Below are positions 13,478 through 24,878 of a stretch of 64,000 nt of DNA, piece by piece (the stretch's first letter is position 1; every line of letters starts with the position of its first letter). Below the pieces are notes generated by a model. The model did not search any database, had not been told where the DNA came from, and saw nothing but the letters and a program-made list of their open reading frames with translations. Source of the DNA: Antedon mediterranea (lineage: Eukaryota > Animalia > Echinodermata). The stretch is taken from the NCBI RefSeq assembly GCF_964355755.1, contig NC_092680.1, forward strand, positions 10,726,001 through 10,790,000, given 5' to 3'. A program made the position numbers and the translations under genes.

Positions 13478-13918
13478 ATGGTGATGTTTACTCATTTTCT
13501 CAATTTTAGAAATTCATGTGCAGTTGATAGCTTTTTAGAATTGGCATTTTTCTGTTTGTTTCATAAACTTGTTACAATTCAAAGAAACCCATTTTTGGAT
13601 CTTGTGTATAAAACTTATGTGAATCGAAATCTAAACTGTCAATATGCTGTTCTGAAAGAAGTTTGTGAGCCTGTGTGGAATTGGCTGATCAGTAAAAATA
13701 GAAGTTTCTACCCGAAAGGAAGTATCAATACGTCGTTTGAAGAAATATTGGATTATATCTCTATTACTGATGACGAGAGGAAACTGTTTTCATTAGGCAT
13801 TCAAAAGATTTGTGCTTGCAAAACATCTCACACATTGTCATTATGCCCTATCTATCTTAGTTCACAATTACTCATTGATAACAATCACAATTTACAAGCA
13901 GAAGTTGTTGATTTATAA
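13478..13918 (+). CDS. Putative exon encoding a USP/peptidase-C19-like cysteine protease N-terminal part
   Basis: 146-aa ORF; 'NSCAVDSFL' resembles the USP Cys box (N-x-C-x-x-[ND]-S-x-L) and directly follows a polypyrimidine-AG acceptor 'ttttctcaattttag'; no His box seen. Confidence 0.4.
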   Translation: MVMFTHFLNFRNSCAVDSFLELAFFCLFHKLVTIQRNPFLDLVYKTYVNRNLNCQYAVLKEVCEPVWNWLISKNRSFYPKGSINTSFEEILDYISITDDERKLFSLGIQKICACKTSHTLSLCPIYLSSQLLIDNNHNLQAEVVDL

Positions 13919-14510
13919 ATCAATTACTACAGTAGTATTAATTTCTGTATAACTGTCATTATATATTTATTAACGGAATATTTCGTTGAATTGTTAAAAA
14001 AATGTTTAATTATTGTGTATTTTTATCCTGATATTTACAATCACATGATGAGTTAATTTCAGTGTGTCTATGGGGGCAATACGTTTTACTCCTTGCATAA
14101 TTTTAATGTGTAACATCAAGTTGTATTACTTATTCAAACAGTTGTATTAGTTTTAGTAATTTGTGATGTTGCTACTGTTGGTAACTTGCTAATCAAAGTC
14201 TTTATAAGAGAGTTGACACCACTTCTACAGTCCAAGCAGAAGTTGTTGATTATAAATCAATTACTACAGTAGTATTAATTTCTGTATAACTGTCATTATA
14301 TATTTATTAACGGAATATTTTGTTGAATTGTAAAAAAAATGTTTAATTATTGTGTATTTTTATCCTGATATTTACAATCACATGATGTGTTAATTTCAGT
14401 GTGTCTATGGGGGAAATACTCCTTGCATAATTTTAATGTGTCAAGTTGTATTACTTATTCAAACAGTTGTATTAGTTCTAGTAATTTGTGATGTTGCTGC
14501 TGTTGGTAAA
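13895..14510 (+). repeat. Tandem ~300-bp duplication inside the TIR element
   Basis: 'caagcagaagttgttgat...gctactgttggtaa' at ~13895-14185 repeated at ~14233-14510. Confidence 0.85.
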
Positions 14511-15006
14511 TAAAATTGATATTCAGTGGAAATAATTTTAATTTCTTTTCATTTTTATTGTTGTTATATATTAGGTATTAATTTTTTTAATTTTATTATT
14601 TACTGAATTGTGCCATGGATAAATAATTATCCGTATTGTTATTTCTCCATGGTATAACAGAATATTTTATTCTGTAAACAGGAAATACTATTGGGAAGCA
14701 CAGAAAGATAAGCAGGGGGTTAGTGTGATTATTGGAATAGCTAAAATTAAATTTAGAAAAATACTGTGATACAGAGTAACTTTTTAAGTACTGGGTGGAT
14801 TTTTTCGCAAAAAAGTATGTAATGATTATTTTGATTAAATATATTCAAATTAGAATATAGAATATTCATAATATCAATTAAAATAATACGGAAAATATAA
14901 TCAGCCAAACGTTTGTTATCTATCATTTCCCCATACAGGAAGCTGTATGACCTCGAGCGTACTTAATCCTTTTTTTCCACTTTCACTGGTGACTCTACTT
15001 GTAATG

Positions 15007-16052
15007 AATTGAAAATAAATATTGTTTTTGAAATCAAATACAGGTAAAAAGACTGCCATAAAGCCTCCAAAAGAAGTCAATGTGCTCCTTCGTATTCAGT
15101 ACTCATGGGTGAGCTTCTTTTCCACCTGGAGTTCTTTTCGAGAGCTGCTGGGTTCCCGCCCGGAAAATGTTTTATTTACATGATTTGAACAATATTCTAA
15201 TGTAAATATTAACAGCATCAAAATTTAACAGTGTGGCGTGTTGACCGCGAATGATTAACATATTATCTTCCCCATAATACACGTGCACAAGCTCATTTGC
15301 ATAACAACCACGAGGCATACCAAACTGTTTAAAATAAAGAAAAGAGATTTGCACAGACTCCCGCCTGAAAATGGTACTTTACATGATTTGAAATTATATG
15401 AAACAAAATATATAAGTCTAACAAGGACAATAGAGCTTGTCCCCGGAAAGTGCACCTATTCATTGAAATATGAAATTAAATACTACTAGCCCACCATGTT
15501 TGGGTCAGAGCTAATAATGAAAATAGAGCCCAGAATTGCACTTATACTTATACTTATTACCATACATAATCACCTATGATATTTATGATTATTTGTTAAA
15601 AATTCAACTATCCAGATGCGAATTCAAAAGTTTAGGTAGAGTTTTCTACTTTAAAAACTCGACTTCTTATACGCCTAAGGCCTAGCCCGGCGGCGGAATT
15701 AGTCTAAGTTTCGAAATCGGTCTGGAAATCGGCATCTTTGCAAATGTTCTATATTTGATCTATTTCACTCTCCATTAACCCAATACAAAAATCATCGGAG
15801 ACAAACTATCTGTTTAAAACATGTTTATTCTGGGACGGTGCGGCCATACACACCAACTACCATCCATAAATGTTTATTCATAACATATTACAATACAATA
15901 TCTTGCATGAATCGGACATTTCGCTACCAATGTAGCAACATTGATTAACAAAATCAAAATTCAACAGTGTGGCGTGTTGACCGCGAATTACTAACAATAC
16001 CATCTTTCACACTACACCTGCAAAAACTCATTTGCATAATAACAAACGGCAT
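15007..16052 (+). repeat. Non-satellite linker X between SatC and SatA; 15007-15690 has an inverted copy at 32524-33225
   Basis: ORF-track peptides 15172/15255/15283 recur on opposite strands at 32878/32777/32746; internal repeat 'aacagtgtggcgtgttgaccgcgaat' at ~15227 and ~15963. Confidence 0.9.
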
Positions 16053-17729
16053 ATGATGTTAGCACAATATATGTGCATAAATGGCAATATTATATAGCAT
16101 AATTTTTGAATTTCAAAAAGTGGAAATTTTGGCAATTTTTCGAAAAAATTTCAATGGTCCCCCGCAGCGAAATTTTCGAAAAATTGCCAAATTTCGACCC
16201 TTTTATTTTTTGACATAACTAGTTACGATGGCTCTATAAGATGATTCTAACACAATATATTTGCATAAATGCCAATATAATAGCATAATTATTGAATTTT
16301 AAAAAGTGGAAATTTTGGCCATTTTTTGAAAAAATTCCTATGAAATTTTCGCAAAAATGGCCAAATTTCAAACCTTTTATTTTTTGACATAACTAGTTAC
16401 TATGGCTCTATAAGATGATGTTAACACAATATATTTGCATAAATGGCAATATTATAATTATAGCATACTTTTTTAATTTTAAAAAGTAGAAATTTTGGCC
16501 ATTTTTCGAAAAAATTCCTATGGTCCCCCGCAGGGAAATTTTCGCAAAAATGGCAAAATTTCAAACCTTTTATTTTTGGACATAACTAGTTACTATGGCT
16601 CTATAAGATGATGTTAGCACAATATATGTGCATAAATGGCAATATTATAGCATAATTTTTGAATTTCAAAAAGTGGAAATTTTGGCAATTTTTTGAAAAA
16701 ATTTCAATGGTCCCCGCAGCGAAATTTTCGAAAAATTGCCAAATTTCGACCCTTTTTATTTTTTGACATAACTAGTTACGATGACTCTATAAGATGATTC
16801 TAACACAATATATTTGCATAAATGCCAATATAATAGCATAATTATTGTATTTAAAAAGTGAAAATATTGGCATTTTTTCGAGAAAAAAAATCCTATGGTC
16901 CCCCGCAAGGAAATTTTCGCAAAAATGGCCAAATTTCGACCCTTTTATTAGTTGACATAACTAGTTACTATGGCTCTATAAGATGATGTTAGCACAATAT
17001 ATTTGCATAAATGGCAATATTATATAGCATACTTTTTTAATTTTAAACAATGGAAATTTTGACCATTTTTCGAAAAAAAAATCCTATGGTCCCCCGCAGC
17101 GAAATTTTCGAAAATTTGCCAAATTTCGACCCTTTTATTTTTTGACATAACTAGTTACGATGGCTCTATAAGATGATGCTAAAACAATATTTTGACACAT
17201 GTGAGCCCGATAAACAAATACAAGGAAACAAGTATTGGTTGTAAAGTTATTTAATATGAATGGCAAGTCATCGTTGCAGCATGCACGTAAAAGGAAAACA
17301 TAAAAAAGGAACATTGGGATGCTCTGAAAGGGCCAAAACACATGTCTCAAAATCGTAATTGAAAACAAAATAGAGAGGGAGTGGAGGGAGAGAAGTGAAA
17401 ATTATTTTACTTAGCCAAAAACTGGCGTGGTAATCTGTTGACAGCGTGAGGTGAAGAGGATGAGATGCTCACGCTGTCAAAAGATGATTGCGAGGGCGCC
17501 CCGCAATCACGTGATTTTGACACACGTGAGCCCGATAAACAAATACAAGGAAACAAGTATTGGTTTTAAAGTTATTTAATATAAATGGCAAGTCATCGTT
17601 GCAGCATGCACGTAAAAGGAAAACATAAAAAAGGAACATTGGGATGCTCTGAAAGGGCCAACGAAGGGGCCAACGAAGCAGCCCAAATTAAGTGCAGGTA
17701 GAACCGATGACAAGCCATTCAGATGATGG

Positions 17730-18175
17730 TACAACATATGTTGACACCCAGAACGTATAGAAACTATCTACATAGTCTACCTGGAGCAACATGTGTTGAC
17801 TCCAGTACCCGGTTGACCATTAGCGCCTGATAGGTGGAGCAACCAAATATTGACATCGAAAAACGTATAGAAACACCTACATTAGTCTTCCTGGAGCAAC
17901 ATGTGTTGACTCCAGTACATGTTTAAACATTTTAATTAGGTAGGCAGTGCAACCAAATGTTGGCACCGAAAAACGTATAGAAACAATCTACATTAGTCTG
18001 CCTGAGGCAACATGTGTTGACTCCAGTACGCGTTTGAGAATTGAGTTTAATAAACGGTGCAACCATGTTGACACCGAAAACATATAAATAACTTATTAGT
18101 CTACCTGGAGCAACGTGTTGACTCCGATTGAACATATGATTATAATTGGCGGTGCAACCTATGCTGTCACCGAAA
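17730..18175. repeat. ~110-bp (2 x ~55-bp) degenerate tandem repeat with CAAC-n-GTTG cores in the element 3' region
   Basis: 'gcaacatgtgttgactccagtac' at ~17786, 17896, 18007 alternating with 'ttgacac...aacgtatagaaac'. Confidence 0.8.
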
Positions 18176-18296
18176 GAAAACAAAAATGAAATAAGTAAAA
18201 CGATATACAGAAAAAATAAGTATCAAACTTTGTTTAAGCTTGACGCTTAATACCCAGTCATGCTTAGGAAATATGCCAACCAGCCAGCACCCATAT

Positions 18297-18937
18297 TTAC
18301 AATGCTGTATTTGACAAAGTTATGTGGTTCGACCATCGTCCAAAAGTCATAATGTCTTGGTGAGAGTGTCCAAGTTGGTGAAGGTCGGTAGCTCGACCGA
18401 TTCTGAAAGAATGAGTGTTAAACTGTGTATGTTCCAGACTAGCATGGCGAGCTAATTGTTTATAGCATTAGTGTGTGTTCTGCAGCCTTGGAAACTACTG
18501 CTTCACTGGCTCTGAGGCATGCGAAGTAACATATTATGAACAAGGCTCTGTATAGGATGAATTCGTATTTGGATTTCATGCTACCTCGCATATGTCCAAT
18601 TAGCGTTACAAGAATGTCGGAGGTGACCGGCGGTCTGACCGGTTTGGATGGAGAGTGCGTTTTTTGTTTCGCTACTCCTCTGCATAAATTGCTGACTGCT
18701 GGATTTGCGGTAGGGTCTTCCATAAATGATGATAACCCTGTGCACGAATGACACTGCGCTAAGGTAGTTTCGAATCGTGGAAATCGCCAGTGCATTTTTA
18801 GTCAGCTTACTTACATAGAGAACAATTGTCTGTGGAGTCGCTGGTAGCGGAAGGCTTAGTGATTTCCTGAATTGGTTAAAATGGTGCCATTTGCTTTTAT
18901 AGTTACTAGCGGTTCCTTTGCTTAATGAGTTCCACAT
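18297..18937 (-). pseudogene. Tyrosine recombinase of the Ngaro-like element (frameshifted, middle deleted)
   Basis: N-terminal 'SLSKGTASNYKSKW...STIRNYLSAVSFVH', box I 'YFACLRASE', and manual translation of 18450-18300 gives 'NTHSFRIGRATDL...GRWS'. Confidence 0.9.
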
Positions 18938-20420
18938 TAGCTCTCGTGTGAGGATCTTGAGTTGTTTAGTGGTTCGAAGTAGATTGGTTGTAAGTGCTTT
19001 GGTATCTTTAGTGGTGTGCGATTCATACTGTGCTCCTCTAGCATGGCCTCAGTTTCCTGAAAACGAGAAAGAGCGTCACATATCCTGTTTTGCTTACCAG
19101 GGATGTGCCTGGCTGTAAACTGAATGTTGTTTAGTAGTAACAAATGGACGATAGCGCGAACCACTCTCATGACCTTTTCGTTTGACGACGATTTTTTGTT
19201 AAGCACATATACATAAGCTAGGTTGTCACAGTGGAAAACTACATGGGTGTTGGCTAGCTGTTTTGCAAAAATCGAAAGCATGACATAGATGGGGTAAATT
19301 TCGAGAACCATGATGTTGAACATTTTCCAAGATTCCGGCCAGCGGCCTTGAATCCAGAACTTTTGGAAGGTCGCACCAAGTGCGGTTTTTGAGGCATCAG
19401 AGGAGAAATGTAAACGCTGCGAGTCAAATTTTTGTGGGGGTGAAAAAATGGTAACGCCATTGTGTTTGCAAAGAAAGTCGGCCCAAATTTGGAGATACTC
19501 CTTTGCTGAGTCAGAAAGGTGAGTAGTTAAAAAGGGGTTAGTTAGACCGGCCGTTAGGGCATAAAGCCTTCTTAGGCACGCCAGTCCAGAGGGTATAACC
19601 CAGGTGGCAAATTGTAGCTTTTCAAAGAGATTGGAGGGCTCTCAATGTAGTTGAGTGAAGTTTTGAACTTTAAAGGGAGTAACGTAATTTTATTATCTCA
19701 GATGGAAGCCTGTCTTACATTTTCTGTAAATCAAGTTCAATACCCAGGAAGGAAATGGTGGTGGTGGGTGAAATTGTTTTGTGCGGTGCTAGAGGTATGC
19801 CACCGCGGTCAGCAAGCGCCTTGGATATCTTCAAGGAGTTCGCTCACAGTTGGTGTGTGTCTTCAATGACGAGGATTTCGTCTAATATTTTCACGTTATT
19901 GGGCTGTTTTAACTTTTTTATAAGGAAAAATTTCACTCCGTCAGAAAACTTATTGAATATTTGACACGAAGATCCGCCGCCTTGGGGGAGCGTTTTATCG
20001 TAGTAATACTGGCCTAACCACGTGAAACCTGTGAGGTGATATTGAGTGGGATGTAAATGTATTAGTCTGTATGCGTCACTGGTGTCCGTCTTAGCCATGA
20101 ATGCCGGGTGATTGTGTATGTCAATTATGTCTATTGCGTTGGCAATTGTTTCGTAATGAACTGTTATGCAAAACCCAGGGATGTTGTGATTGACAGCGTT
20201 TGAGTCGTAGGGATAGGAGAGGTTGTGGAGGATACGACATTTTTCAGGTACGGAATTTCTGGAAGGTTGTTGATGATAGCTTGGGAGTTAGTTGCTGTAA
20301 AAGCAGCCCCATGTAAGGTAGAAGCCATGAGCGAAACATTGGGTTAAGTAAGCGTGGTGTTTGTAACCAGATAAGAGTGCGCTTATTCTAGTGGGAATTA
20401 TTGGGATCCCGAGCACTGAA
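18937..20420 (-). pseudogene. Reverse transcriptase/RNase H of the Ngaro-like element (frameshifted)
   Basis: 'RILHNLSYP', 'MAKTDTSDAYRLI', 'YYYDKTLPQGGGSSCQIF', 'ILDE' at the YLDD position; RNase H 'LEIYPI...FHCDN...HIPGKQNRICDALSRFQ'. Confidence 0.9.
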
Positions 20421-21099
20421 AAACGAGTGGCAATACTGACAGTTTGTCTGGACACTTCTATTGAATCTGTTATGGTAGGAGAAGCCGAGTGGACGCTCCA
20501 CTGTTGGATGGGTTAGAGGTTTATGGTTAGCTCGTTGCGTCTAGTTTATGCAGGAGGTCGGCTCGAACCGATGACCAAGAGCAAAGTGTGTACTCAGTAG
20601 CCATTCGAAATTATCAGTCGTAAAAGTACCATTAATTTGAGGTATTTAATATACTTAAAATAATTTAAGATGTCCTGCGTATATTTACTTAAATAAAATT
20701 GTGGCGAAGTCGTGAAAGGCCTAGTGCCAGTTGTGTTCGTTTAAGATGCGGCATTTGGGCTTAGGAACAAGTTCAAAGGTACCAGTGAACGTAGGTAGGA
20801 ACGTAGGTAGGTTCGGCTTACCGACATTAATCTCAACCCCAGAAGTTACCAGGGTTTCGACGATATGCCTCATGTCCTTTAATTCGTTATTTATGTCAAA
20901 TTCAGGTACTGGCACGGTGCCGTGTTTTTTACCTCTTGTTAGTTCTTTTCCGTCCTGACATGGTGTATCTGTAAGAAAATCTTTGTGCAATTAAGACGGA
21001 AAGAAAAATGTGTGTGGACAGATATCATCAAGTTGCAGGGGGAAAGGGCCCTGCAACCATGTTAAAGGAGTGAAAAAAAAAAAAAGATTGGAGACAAAA

Positions 21100-22480
21100 G
21101 TCAGCATTGGGGTAGTGAATGAACCAGCATGAGTCATTTAATGAAATGCTGTACTTAGAGGAGGGTGATAAGACACCACCGCCGTATGGGGTGATAGTAG
21201 GGGGACCAGCATGAGTCATATAACCAGCATGAGTCATATAATGAATGCTGTACTTAAGAGCATGAGTGATAAAACACCGCCGTATGTGGGGGTAGTTAAT
21301 GAACCAGCATAAGTAATTATGTGGTGGGTGTAGGGGAACCAGCATGAGTCATATAAAGAATGCTGTACTTAAGAGCATGAGTGATAAAACACCGCCGGAT
21401 GTGGGGGTAGGTAATGAACCAGCATAAGAAATTATGTGGTGGTAGTAGGGGAAACCAGCATGAGTCATATAATAAATGCTGTACTTAAGAGCATGAGTGA
21501 TAAAACACCGCCGTATGTGGAGGTAGGTAATGAACCAGCATAAGAAATTATGTGGTGGTAGTAGGGAAACCAGCATGAGTCATATAATGAATGCTGTACT
21601 TAAGAGCATGAGTGATAAAACACCGCCGTATGTGGGGGTAGGTAATGAACCAGCATAAGAAATTATGTGGTGGTAGTAGGGAAACCAGCATGAGTCATAT
21701 AATGAATACTGTACTTAAGAGCATGAGTAATATAATGAACCAGCATAAGAAATTATGTGGTGGTAGTAGGGAAACCAGCATGAGTCATATAATGAATGCT
21801 GTACTTAAGAGCATGAGTAATATAATGAACCAGCATAAGAAATTATGTGGTGGTAGTAGGGAAACCAGCATGAGTCATATAATGAATGCTGTACTTAAGA
21901 GCATGAGTAATATAATGAACCAGCATAAGAAATTATGTGGTGGTAGTAGGGAAACCAGCATGAGTCATATAATGAATGCTGTACTTAAGAGCATGAGTAA
22001 TATAATGAACCAGCATAAGAAATTATGTGGTGGTAGTAGGGAAACCAGCATGAGTCATATAATGAATGCTGTACTTAAGAGCATGAGTAATAAAACACCG
22101 CCGTATGTGGGGGTAGTTTATGAACCAGCATAAGTAATTATGTGGTGGTAGTAGGGAAACCAGCATGAGTCATATAATGAATGCTGTACTTAAGAGCATG
22201 AGTAATAAAACACCGCCGTATGTGGGGGTAGTTAATGAACCAGCATAAGTAATTTATATGGTGGTAGTATGGGAACCAGCATGAGTCATATAATGAATGC
22301 TGTACTTAAGAGGATGGTGATAAAACACCGGCGTATGTCGGTGTATGAACCAGCATAAGTCAATTATGTGGTGGTAGTATAGGAACCAGCATCATATCGT
22401 CATAATGAATGCTGTACTTGGGAAACCAGCATGAGTCAAAATGAGTGCTGTACTTTGGAAACCAGCATGAGTCTTAATAT
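21100..22480. repeat. Internal minisatellite of the Ngaro-like element (90-bp and ~115-bp units)
   Basis: 'aaccagcatgagtcatataatgaatgctgtacttaagagcatgag' repeated; five near-identical 90-bp units at 21645-22090. Confidence 0.95.
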
Positions 22481-22488
22481 AATGAATG

Positions 22489-22760
22489 ATTTGATTTGAT
22501 TTGAATTTATTTGGAAAATCATCATAAGAAATACATACAAAGTGATAACATAAATTACGGACATTACAAATAATACATTTATAAAAGACTTTCCAGGATA
22601 GCCCAAAAAGCTTATCAGCTTATTTCCATTGGGATCCTTTTACAATCTAAAATAAAAAATATAAACATTACAAAGTATAGCATTAAACACGTAAATATTT
22701 AAAAAAACAATAAAATAAAAAAAACAAGTTAAATTAAAGACTATGATTGACTTATAAAGT
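22489..22760 (-). mobile_element. Probable 3' end of a LINE (CR1/L2-like) with (TCAAA)n tail
   Basis: 'atttgatttgatttgaatttatttgg' reads as AATAAA plus (TCAAA)n on the minus strand; interrupts the minisatellite, which resumes at ~22765. Confidence 0.5.
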
Positions 22761-23099
22761 TACTTTACTTGGGGAACCAGCATGAGTCATAAGATGAATG
22801 CTATACTAACTATAAACCATTCAGATTTGTGCAAAATATTTGCCAGATTAGCGTAGCATCAAGAAAGAAAAACAACAAGTTATTATTTATTTCTTTTGGA
22901 TGTAAAACAATGGGAAAAAAATAAATGGTGTCAACAGTGTATTGCCTGGCATTTTGTTTTGTTTATTCTGTTTAATTATGTATTTATTTTCCTCTAAAAT
23001 CCGGTTCCGGATTGTCCACAGTGACTGCAGTAGTAGTTACAGATAATAAGATTGTTGTTATTTAATGGCATAAGTTAGCATAAGAGGCTCCGTGCATGA

Positions 23100-23385
23100 A
23101 AGCAGACCTTACTTTTTAACTAGGTCATTCGATCCGAGGTCGATTATCAAAAATCTGGCTTGAATGTTGCCACTTGATTTACAAAATTAGTTAGGTCGTT
23201 TATCTTTAGGCCGGGCACCCCCCAAAGAACAGTATTATCATAGTGATGACTGATTCGGAAGTCAGGCAAAGGTCGATGTGAACCAAGTATGGAGTCGGAT
23301 GAATTACCCAAGCCGTGATGGAAAGCGAGGCTTTCGCTCAAACCGGAAACGAATGAGTTGAGCCTAGGCTAGGACACAACCAGAC
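23100..23385 (-). pseudogene. SGNH hydrolase remnant inside the Ngaro-like element
   Basis: 'HSFVSGL' block-I-like start, ORF 'VLWGVPGLKINDL...FKPDF', continuing after a frameshift as 'LIIDLGSNDLVKK' (GxND, block III). Confidence 0.65.
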
Positions 23386-23910
23386 TACATAATTACAGTA
23401 AAGTACGAAAAATCGAACAGAATGGGGGTAAGATAAGGTGTTAGATGAATTCCAGTCAAAGTATATTGTGTGAGTTCACACAGCCTATAAGTGTATGAGG
23501 ATAAAATGAACTGGTAAATGTAAAAGTGAAAATTATTTTACTTAGCCAAAAACTGGCGTGGTAATCTGTTGACAGCGTGAGGTGAAGAGGATGAGATGCT
23601 CACGCTGTCAAAAGATGATTGCGAGGGCGCCCCGCAATCACGTGATATTTGCATAAATGCCAATATAATAGCATAATTTTTGAATTTTAAAAAGTGGAAA
23701 TTTTGGCAATTTTTCGAAAAAATTTCAGTGGTCCCCCGCAGCGAAATTTTCAAAAAAAATTGCCAAAGTTCGACCCTTTTATTTTTTGACATAACTAGTT
23801 ACGATGGCTCTTTAAGATGATTCTAACACAATATATTTGCATAAATGCCAATATAATAGCATAATTATTGAATTTAAAAAATTGGAAATTTTTGCCATTT
23901 TTCGAAAAAA

Positions 23911-24194
23911 AGAATGGAGTAAAAGAATTAAACGAAGGAGACTAAAATGGTATGGACACATAATTAGATTACCGGATGATACCCCAATCAAACAAACAAT
24001 GAAGGAAACTAACAGGAAAGTAAAACCACCAGTAGGAAGACCAAGAAATAACTGGATGAATCAAATAAAGAAAGAATTACAAGGACTAGTAGACACTAAC
24101 ACAATAACAAACCATCCTGCCATAAACAGAAAAAAATGGAAACAAATTGTGGAAAGCGTAATGTCGGAAGACGGAAAACGTTAACAACAAACAA
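23911..24194 (+). mobile_element. 5'-truncated RTE-clade LINE 3' end
   Basis: 'RRRLKWYGHIIR...GRPRNNW' is the typical RTE ORF C-terminus; (AAC)n-like tail; TTTCGAAAAAA on both sides as TSD. Confidence 0.88.
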
Positions 24195-24878
24195 TTTCGA
24201 AAAAATTCCTTTGAAATTTTCGCAAAATTGGCCAAATTTCAAACCTTTTATTTTTTGACATAACTAGTTACTATGGCTCTATAAGATGATGTTAGCACAA
24301 CATATTTGCGTAAATGGCAATATTATATAGCATACTTTTTTAATTTAAAAATGTAGAAATTTTGGCCATTTTTCGAAAAAATTCCTATGGTCCCCCACAG
24401 GGAAATTTTCACAAAAATTGGAAAATTTCAAACCTTTTATTTTTTGACATAACTAGTTACTATGGCTCTATAAAATAATGTTAGCACAATATATGTGCAT
24501 AAATGGCAATATTATAGCATAATTTTTTAATTTCAAAAAGTGGAAATTTTGGCAATTTTTCGAAAAAATTCCAATGGTCCCCCGCAGCGAAATTTTCGAA
24601 AAATTACCAAATTTTGACCTTTTTATTTTATTACATAACTAGTTACAATGGCTCTATAAGATGATTCTAACACAATATATTTGCATAAATGCCAATATAA
24701 TAGCATAATTATTGAATTTTAAAAAGTGGAAATTTTTGCCATTTTTCGAAAAAATTCCTATGGTCCCCCACAGGGAAATTTTCGCAAAAATGGCCAAATT
24801 TCAAACCTTTTATTTTTTGACATAACTAGTTATTCTGGCTCTATAAGATGATTCTAACACAATATATTTGCATAAATA

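Larger units (their letters stand above)
9806..15006. mobile_element. 5.2-kb DNA transposon-like element with 22-bp terminal inverted repeats; no transposase recognised
   Basis: CATTACAAGTAGAGTCACCAGT at 9806-9827 and its perfect reverse complement at 14985-15006; interrupts a SatC unit whose uninterrupted mirror copy lies at ~33200-33260. TSD not clean. Confidence 0.85.
17189..23646 (-). mobile_element. Ngaro/PAT-type (DIRS order) tyrosine-recombinase retrotransposon with split direct repeats; coding region degenerate
   Basis: On the minus strand: A1 (23646-23524), internal region, B1 (17661-17516), A2 (17515-17393), B2 (17336-17191); RT, RNase H and YR fragments; no TSD. Confidence 0.93.
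16053..24878 (+). repeat. Satellite A array, forward, interrupted by Ngaro-like and RTE insertions
   Basis: SatA units at 16053-17190, 23647-23910 and 24195-24878. Confidence 0.93.

Noticed and set aside
15172-15489. Overlapping 60-68-aa ORFs in linker X
   Set aside because: Conserved only because of the recent inverted duplication; no recognisable motifs.
20420-20990. Ngaro gag gene
   Set aside because: Position fits and a Cys/His remnant is visible near 20430-20480, but it is too degenerate to call.
21028-22133. Repeat-protein ORFs (162 aa and antisense frames)
   Set aside because: Products of a 90-bp minisatellite whose length is a multiple of three.
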